From: a virus
Taxonomy: Duplodnaviria > Caudoviricetes
Strand: one strand, 5' to 3'
Virus record (IMG/VR): IMGVR_UViG_3300034990_000021
Span: 1 to 60,850 of that record
Length of the DNA: 60,850 nucleotides
The notes under the pieces were generated by a model, which saw only the letters and a list, made by a program, of their open reading frames with translations, was not told the DNA's origin and searched no databases. This document shows positions 55,427 to 60,850 of this stretch, in pieces (position 1 is the first letter of the stretch; the number at the start of each line of letters is the position of its first letter). The translations under genes and the position numbers were made by a program.

Positions 55427-55449
55427 CCAGTCGCTGTAACGCAAACCGA

Positions 55450-55481
55450 GTGCCCACCTTACTGACAAAGTGGGTGGGCAC
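55450..55481 (+). terminator. Intergenic hairpin
   Basis: GTGCCCACC/GGTGGGCAC stem; no U-tract. Confidence 0.4.
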
Positions 55482-55504
55482 CACTGCATAGTGTAAGGTG
55501 CAAG

Positions 55505-55957
55505 ATGGCTCATCTAACAGACGAGTCGCCTACAACGAACTCGACCAGCTCGCTGGCGGCTAGTTTAAGCGCCTCTGCAAAGCGGGCCACATCGCCAAGG
55601 ACTTGTTGGGTGATCATTGCAGGCAGCCGTACTATACGCCCAACGATCAAGGAGATTGATCGTATAGTTTGGCGGTCCGAATTCAACCCGACCGGAATAA
55701 TTTCCGGGGGCGCGAAGCGCGGGGTGGATCCTATGGGCGAAGCCTGGGCGCGCAGCGTAGGGTTGCCTGTTAGGGTTTTTGAAGCTGATTGGGAAACTCA
55801 TGGAGCGCGTGCTGGGATGTTGAGGAATGCTCTAATGCTTACGCAGGCGCACTGTGTGATCGCAATATGGGACGGTAGCTCCAGAGGCACGAGAGACATG
55901 ATCAGACGCGCCAGACACGCAGGAGTACCGACCATTACAGAAATACTGAAACCATAA
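55505..55957 (+). CDS. SLOG family protein (YspA/DUF2493-like)
   Basis: VIIAGSR..IISGGA.GVD..GE.WA..ADW..HG..AG..RN..M..WDG.SRGT.DMI; the true start may be further downstream. Confidence 0.88.
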   Translation: MAHLTDESPTTNSTSSLAASLSASAKRATSPRTCWVIIAGSRTIRPTIKEIDRIVWRSEFNPTGIISGGAKRGVDPMGEAWARSVGLPVRVFEADWETHGARAGMLRNALMLTQAHCVIAIWDGSSRGTRDMIRRARHAGVPTITEILKP

Positions 55958-55961
55958 CTGA

Positions 55962-57626
55962 GTGGATTACCTAGTGGCTAGAAGCAGCGACAACTATTTT
56001 GTGATCAGATCCTATCCACAAAGGAGTGACCTAGTCACTTTGTCATTTCCGTACAACACCAATTTGCAAGGTCGACTCAGGAGCGAAGTCCCCGGTTGTC
56101 GCTACGCACCCGAAATAGCTCGGGGGCAATGGTCTGGGCCCTTAGAGATGACTGGGCCAATCACAAAAATCGCTGAGCAAGAAGGTTATGCGGTGCATGA
56201 TAAAGCACCCAAGATAGAGCGCAAACCGGTAAGCTTACCAAAGCTGGACCCTCGCCTGTTTGAGTTTCAAACAGAGACAATCCACAGGATTGTAAACACT
56301 CCGTCGCACGGCTTTATGCCAATTTATGAAATGGGCATGGGTAAGACAGTAGTAGCCCTCCAATACGCGGGGCTATTAGGCCCAACAAGAACTTTAGTCA
56401 TCGCCCCTAGAATGGTCTGCTCTCAATGGGAGGACATGGCGGATGACTGGTGGCCGGGCCACCCAGAAATAAAAGTGATACACTCCGGCAAGGAAGCTAA
56501 GGCAGACGCCATAGAGCAAAACCCAGGCATCTCGGTCGTCAGCTATCGGCTCGCTTCGTATTACGCCCAGATGGATTTTGACCTCGTGATCGCCGATGAG
56601 TCGCACCACGTTATGAACCACAGAGCGGCTCAGAGCCAAGCCGTGTTTCGCATATTCGAAAATAATGTGGGAAACCCACGGTTGATGCTCGACGCTACGC
56701 CGATAATGACTAGACCACATCAGATCAGGCACCAACTCCACTGCCTTTATCCAACTAGATACGGTGGCCATAGGACGTTCGCTGAGCGTTACTGCAATAT
56801 GGTACTCAACGAGTATACAGGATTCCGCGAGCCAAAAGGTCTCAACAAGGATCATGTAAGGGAGTTGCGGGAGCGGATAAATCTGGTGAGCCACAGAGTG
56901 ACTATGTCTGAGTATGGGCATCTAATGCCTAAGTGGCGGCTCAACACACTATGGGTAAAAGCCAAGCGTAGCACGGCGACCATTGATAAACTCTTCGCCA
57001 ACGCCAAAGACCCGAGTGATATCACTGACGAGATGCTGGCAACCTTCACACCGCAAAAACTACAGGCTGCCTATGACTGGGTGGATAATGCGGTACGTAC
57101 CCAAGACAACATTTGTGTCTTGACATATTTTCACCACACGTGCAATGAGGTGGCACAGCACCTGCGCAACAAACACGGTGACTGTTTAGTCTACGCAGTG
57201 ACAGGTAAGTCCCCAGATAAAAAACGTCACAGGATGATCCAAGACCTATTAGACGCGCCGAGAAGCATATTGGTAGTTACCATGGGGTGTATCAGGGAGG
57301 GCATTAACAGTTTGGCCGGGTTTGATCAAGCACTACTGGCCGAGTTGTATTGGTCACAGGGATATATGGAGCAGGTGCTCGGAAGATTTAGGCGAGCTAA
57401 TAGAGCATGCAATGTTACCATATTGGCGGTTAGCGGCACCCACGAAGAGGCGGTGGCCATTAAGTTACGGGAGAGATCAGACGATCAGAGCATGTTACTC
57501 CGGAAAGGTGCCACGTCTAAAAAATTTAGCAAGAGGTTACTGGGGAAACGAAGCGAGAAAGAGGAGCTCGCTGAGCTGCGGGAGGCGGCGGCAAACAGAA
57601 TTCAGGCCGACGAGTATGGCCTATAA
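55962..57626 (+). CDS. SNF2-like superfamily 2 helicase
   Basis: EMGMGKT, IADESH, ATPI, REGIN, EQ..GR..R. Confidence 0.9.
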   Translation: MDYLVARSSDNYFVIRSYPQRSDLVTLSFPYNTNLQGRLRSEVPGCRYAPEIARGQWSGPLEMTGPITKIAEQEGYAVHDKAPKIERKPVSLPKLDPRLFEFQTETIHRIVNTPSHGFMPIYEMGMGKTVVALQYAGLLGPTRTLVIAPRMVCSQWEDMADDWWPGHPEIKVIHSGKEAKADAIEQNPGISVVSYRLASYYAQMDFDLVIADESHHVMNHRAAQSQAVFRIFENNVGNPRLMLDATPIMTRPHQIRHQLHCLYPTRYGGHRTFAERYCNMVLNEYTGFREPKGLNKDHVRELRERINLVSHRVTMSEYGHLMPKWRLNTLWVKAKRSTATIDKLFANAKDPSDITDEMLATFTPQKLQAAYDWVDNAVRTQDNICVLTYFHHTCNEVAQHLRNKHGDCLVYAVTGKSPDKKRHRMIQDLLDAPRSILVVTMGCIREGINSLAGFDQALLAELYWSQGYMEQVLGRFRRANRACNVTILAVSGTHEEAVAIKLRERSDDQSMLLRKGATSKKFSKRLLGKRSEKEELAELREAAANRIQADEYGL

Positions 57627-57645
57627 TCCAGGAGGACGGCACGCA

Positions 57646-57852
57646 ATGAAATCGCAGAAGGTAATACGGAGGACATATTTCGTACCGCCCAGCGGGAAGC
57701 GCGTGAGTATGAGATATCTCATGGGGCTGGCCGAAGGGTTGGGGCGTAAAGTGGTGTCAATAAGAATGAGAAAATATCACGGTCAGGAGAAGTCGGCCAG
57801 CGCGATAGTGGAAATCATTAGCGAGCGTGAGGAGATGTTACCAAATGCGTGA
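57646..57852 (+). CDS. Small basic hypothetical protein
   Basis: AGGAGG RBS. Confidence 0.55.
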   Translation: MKSQKVIRRTYFVPPSGKRVSMRYLMGLAEGLGRKVVSIRMRKYHGQEKSASAIVEIISEREEMLPNA

Positions 57853-58699
57853 AAGACCACAGATCATAAAAGTGTCTACTGGGGGCAGTGGCCGAGGGGT
57901 TAGTTACTATAAAAGTGTGCTTCGCTGCCCTCGAAAAAAGTGGTTGGACGACTTGGTGACTGAGAGCGGAAAGGCAATACCCAGCGGCACCTATATTACA
58001 CAGATGGGGACAGCGGGCCATGGGCTATTGGCGAAATACTACAAAGACAGATCAGATTTCCCAACAGAAAATCTGATGTACAAGACGGAAGGTGGCCGGG
58101 TATATTCATTGCCGCCTCTGGCCAAGCAAACAGCTGAGCGTTTGTATCGGCACTACCGCTTGGCCTTTCCGCCCACTGAATTTTCCGTGTTGGGTGTGGA
58201 GAGGCGCTACGAAGTCGCAGGGGGCTCAGCCGCTTGGCTACCAGACGATATAAACCTCACTGGCCAGATCGACTTAGAAGTACACTACAATAAAAAGCAG
58301 GCCCAACGCGCTAGCAAATTACGCAATGTCGATATTGCGCCTGGTAATTATATAGTGGATCACAAGTTTCACTGGCAACCCAGTCCCGGATTGGTAAATA
58401 AACACACGACAGCAATCAAAGAGCGTGCTTACTGCCTAATTTGGCAGTTGGAAAACCCGCGCAAGAAACTGGCTGGGCTGATCTACAACATGCTGATTGG
58501 AGGGGGTACCCCCCAATACAAGACGTTAGTCTGTCCGCCACCAAGTGTGCACGATGAAAAAAGGCTACAAGCGCTATTACATACAGCCGCTCAGTACCTA
58601 CAAAAGAGCCCCCCCGATCCGCACAATACAGAATGCACCAACGTTTATACCGGCGAGCTTTGCCAGTACTACGTAAGCAAATTGTGTATGGGGTATTAA
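57845..58699 (+). CDS. PD-(D/E)XK (Cas4/RecB-like) exonuclease
   Basis: CPRK, GTAGH, VE, LTGQIDL..IVDHK, three C-terminal Cys. Confidence 0.85.
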   Translation: MRERPQIIKVSTGGSGRGVSYYKSVLRCPRKKWLDDLVTESGKAIPSGTYITQMGTAGHGLLAKYYKDRSDFPTENLMYKTEGGRVYSLPPLAKQTAERLYRHYRLAFPPTEFSVLGVERRYEVAGGSAAWLPDDINLTGQIDLEVHYNKKQAQRASKLRNVDIAPGNYIVDHKFHWQPSPGLVNKHTTAIKERAYCLIWQLENPRKKLAGLIYNMLIGGGTPQYKTLVCPPPSVHDEKRLQALLHTAAQYLQKSPPDPHNTECTNVYTGELCQYYVSKLCMGY

Positions 58700-58756
58700 A
58701 GTTGGTGCGACCGTAGTGAGAACTGAGGCAGTACGTACAATTGGAGAAGTTAACAT

Positions 58757-59632
58757 ATGGCAAAGCCCCCAACCAAGACCAAAAAAACGTCAGCCAGTAA
58801 AACACCAGAGGCAAAGGCATACGGCCTACCGAATTACGTTGATTACAGCGACTCCGGCAAAGATGAACAAGGGGTCTTTATCATATTGGGGAAGACCGGA
58901 GTCGGCAAAACATTTAGCTGGTTGAGTATCTCGGACTACCGAACGAACCTGGTTGGACCAGAGCCGAAAATGCGGGACATGGAAGACTTGGTCCTGGCAG
59001 AAGCTGACTCTCTCGGATCGGCTGGGCTGAAGCACAACAACATGCGCGTGAGACGCTTTGTGTTCGGGCGCGCTCTGGCAGAAGGCAAGTCGATCGGATA
59101 TGCTTTAAACAAGTTCATCGAGTTTTTACTTCTGCCCAGTGTCTGGAGTACCGATTTAAAGGTCGGGGTTGACCTGACCGGTCTGGACAGATTTATGTTC
59201 GCGCAGAACGTCAAAGCGAGCAAAGGCAGCCCCAACAAGTTTGAAGCCTACCGTTTGAATTTTTTGGATCATGTTGAGTTTTCGCAGATGATCAAAGGTA
59301 CAAACTTGCACATTTGCTATATGTGCCATGGCCGCCAGGCAAACGAGGGCGATAAAGACGCCGTCGTTAAGCTCCCAGGCGGCGGAGAGATCGTCCCCGA
59401 CCTGATAGGGCAAGCTCCGAAGTTTTACAAGACGGACGCGTCGTTGCAAGTTGCTGTAGTTGCCAAGCGGGGCCCGAGAGACAAAAAATTCCAACGCGAG
59501 CTTTTGTTTGGATTGGAGGCCGACTCTAAGGGCTACGAGGGCAAAAACCGATTCGAGGGCTTGATACCGGACCGCCAAAGCCCTCCAAACCTACGAGAGA
59601 TTTTGAGGATAATAAACCGGGGGAAACGATGA
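58757..59632 (+). CDS. AAA_24/Sak4-like P-loop ATPase
   Basis: GKTGVGKT, VGVD, C.MCH, PDLIG, GKNRF; next to the nuclease and SSB-like gene. Confidence 0.75.
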   Translation: MAKPPTKTKKTSASKTPEAKAYGLPNYVDYSDSGKDEQGVFIILGKTGVGKTFSWLSISDYRTNLVGPEPKMRDMEDLVLAEADSLGSAGLKHNNMRVRRFVFGRALAEGKSIGYALNKFIEFLLLPSVWSTDLKVGVDLTGLDRFMFAQNVKASKGSPNKFEAYRLNFLDHVEFSQMIKGTNLHICYMCHGRQANEGDKDAVVKLPGGGEIVPDLIGQAPKFYKTDASLQVAVVAKRGPRDKKFQRELLFGLEADSKGYEGKNRFEGLIPDRQSPPNLREILRIINRGKR

Positions 59633-60081
59633 TTGAGATTGTGCATGGCAATTTGCTGGAGGCCAAGGTAGACGCGCTAGTCAACGCCGTCAACACAGTG
59701 GGGGTCATGGGCAAGGGTATCGCGCTCCAGTTCAGGGTTGCGTTCCCAGGTAACTTTGCGGCGTACAAGAGGGAGTGTACTGCAGGCAACTTGGAATTGG
59801 GTCAAATGTTTGTGTACCGAACAGGTAGCACTAGTAAGCCCTACTATATAATCAACTTCCCAACAAAAAAACATTGGGCCAATAAATCTCGCATTGAGTT
59901 TGTGCGCGACGGTCTTGGATCCCTAGTACCTGAGATCCAGAGGTTAAAGATTGGGTCGGTAGCTATACCAGCACTTGGCTGCGGTTGCGGCGGCTTGTCG
60001 TGGCAAAAAGTGAGAGAACTCATTGAGGAAGCTGTTAAACCACTAACCGATGTTCAGGTGCTTTTATTCGAGCCCCGGTAG
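59629..60081 (+). CDS. Stand-alone DarG-like macrodomain (ADP-ribosyl hydrolase)
   Basis: GNLL..DALVN.VNTVGVMGKGIALQF..IINFPTK.HW..S..S.AIP.LG.G.GGL.W, including the catalytic Lys of FPTK. Confidence 0.9.
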   Translation: MIEIVHGNLLEAKVDALVNAVNTVGVMGKGIALQFRVAFPGNFAAYKRECTAGNLELGQMFVYRTGSTSKPYYIINFPTKKHWANKSRIEFVRDGLGSLVPEIQRLKIGSVAIPALGCGCGGLSWQKVRELIEEAVKPLTDVQVLLFEPR

Positions 60082-60093
60082 AAGAGGTAAGAA

Positions 60094-60315
60094 ATGGCCG
60101 CAGTAAAATCGACGAGTAGCCCTCTTTTTAGCATCCTGCTCTATAGTGTAAAGGAGCTATTTGACAGAAGAGTACACGAGCTAGAAAACCACGGGCGTTA
60201 TGACGGGCTTACTGTTGCGGCATGCATTACTGAGCTCAAACAACTGGAGGAAGAAGTCGGCAGAATACTACTTGAATGGATTGATACAACCGAAAGCCAA
60301 ACAAAAAATGATTGA
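60094..60315 (+). CDS. Hypothetical protein
   Basis: GAGGT RBS. Confidence 0.55.
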   Translation: MAAVKSTSSPLFSILLYSVKELFDRRVHELENHGRYDGLTVAACITELKQLEEEVGRILLEWIDTTESQTKND

Positions 60316-60374
60316 TTAAACCCCGAACATGGGGCTACAACAAAAAGGGGCATAACCCCTTTGGAGGAAAACGC

Positions 60375-60850
60375 ATGAGTAGGCTCATTCCCAAAGCAAC
60401 AGATCTGAAATTTACAGATCCCCAGGTCCGTAGTGGAGCAGCAAGACGGGCCCTACCACTTGGACTACATTACTTGGTGGTGCAAAAGGCAGAACGCGGT
60501 GTGATCGAAAAAGAGGGAGACTATTACGGTACCCTAACTCTACAACTCAGGTGTGCTGCCCTGAGGGACCCCAGTGATGCAGATAGTAAAGTGCTGCCTC
60601 TGATAAACCACAGTATCTGGTTGCCATTGAGCAATCCCAACGTGGATGGCCACGAGGTTACAGCAGATTGGATCAAAGCTCGGGCAGTGGAAGCTCTACG
60701 CGCGATGTTCGAGGATGAAATTCCGGCCTACCCGACCCGCAACGAAGACGGGAGTCTCGTCTATAAAGATGAGGTCGTGGCCGCGTTGGACGATGGGGAA
60801 AACCCGGAAGAGGCTATGGTAGCCCTGCTGAAAGTTGAAGAAAGGTACCA
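60375..60850 (+). CDS. 5' part of junction-spanning putative SSB (DUF669-like)
   Basis: GGAGG RBS; MSRLIP..ALPLGLHYLVVQKAE; open to the window end and continuing to 407. Confidence 0.6.
   Translation, partial: MSRLIPKATDLKFTDPQVRSGAARRALPLGLHYLVVQKAERGVIEKEGDYYGTLTLQLRCAALRDPSDADSKVLPLINHSIWLPLSNPNVDGHEVTADWIKARAVEALRAMFEDEIPAYPTRNEDGSLVYKDEVVAALDDGENPEEAMVALLKVEERY
60724..60849. repeat. Terminal direct repeat (right copy)
   Basis: Identical to 1-126. Confidence 0.95.

Noticed and set aside
55427-55570. tRNA or known ncRNA
   Set aside because: Only a single hairpin; no cloverleaf or T-loop. I saw no tRNA anywhere in the window.
60724-60850. Biological terminal repeats
   Set aside because: The 126-bp overlap cuts through a gene and matches a typical assembler k-mer, so it indicates circular assembly.

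Overview
A complete, circularly assembled tailed-phage genome of about 60.7 kb: bases 60724-60849 repeat bases 1-126, and one gene spans the junction. The minus-strand arm (3.7-30.3 kb) encodes a Mu-like contractile-tailed virion, a PBSX-type terminase and an amidase/holin lysis cassette. I see no transposase, integrase or obvious repressor, so it looks like a lytic, non-transposing Mu-like myovirus. The plus-strand arm encodes its own replication and nucleotide kit: P4/D5 primase-helicase, UDG-fused PolA, SNF2 helicase, PD-(D/E)XK nuclease, AAA ATPase, probable SSB, ThyX, dUTPase, SLOG protein and N6-adenine MTase. It also has probable anti-defence genes (DarG-like macrodomain, Tad2/DUF2829-like). 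The standout feature is at 36.7-48.6 kb: 15 small hexapeptide-repeat (left-handed beta-helix) genes, about 8.5 kb or 14% of the genome. Fourteen are paralogs with an LpxA-like 'MIHxTAxVHPTAVIHPTA' start, a fixed framework and highly variable, Trp/Tyr/His/Arg-rich positions. They show translational coupling, mosaic identical DNA blocks, one dUTPase fusion, and a repeated promoter cassette nearby. Two other unknown families are also tandemly amplified. All calls come from motif recognition by eye; no database searches were run.
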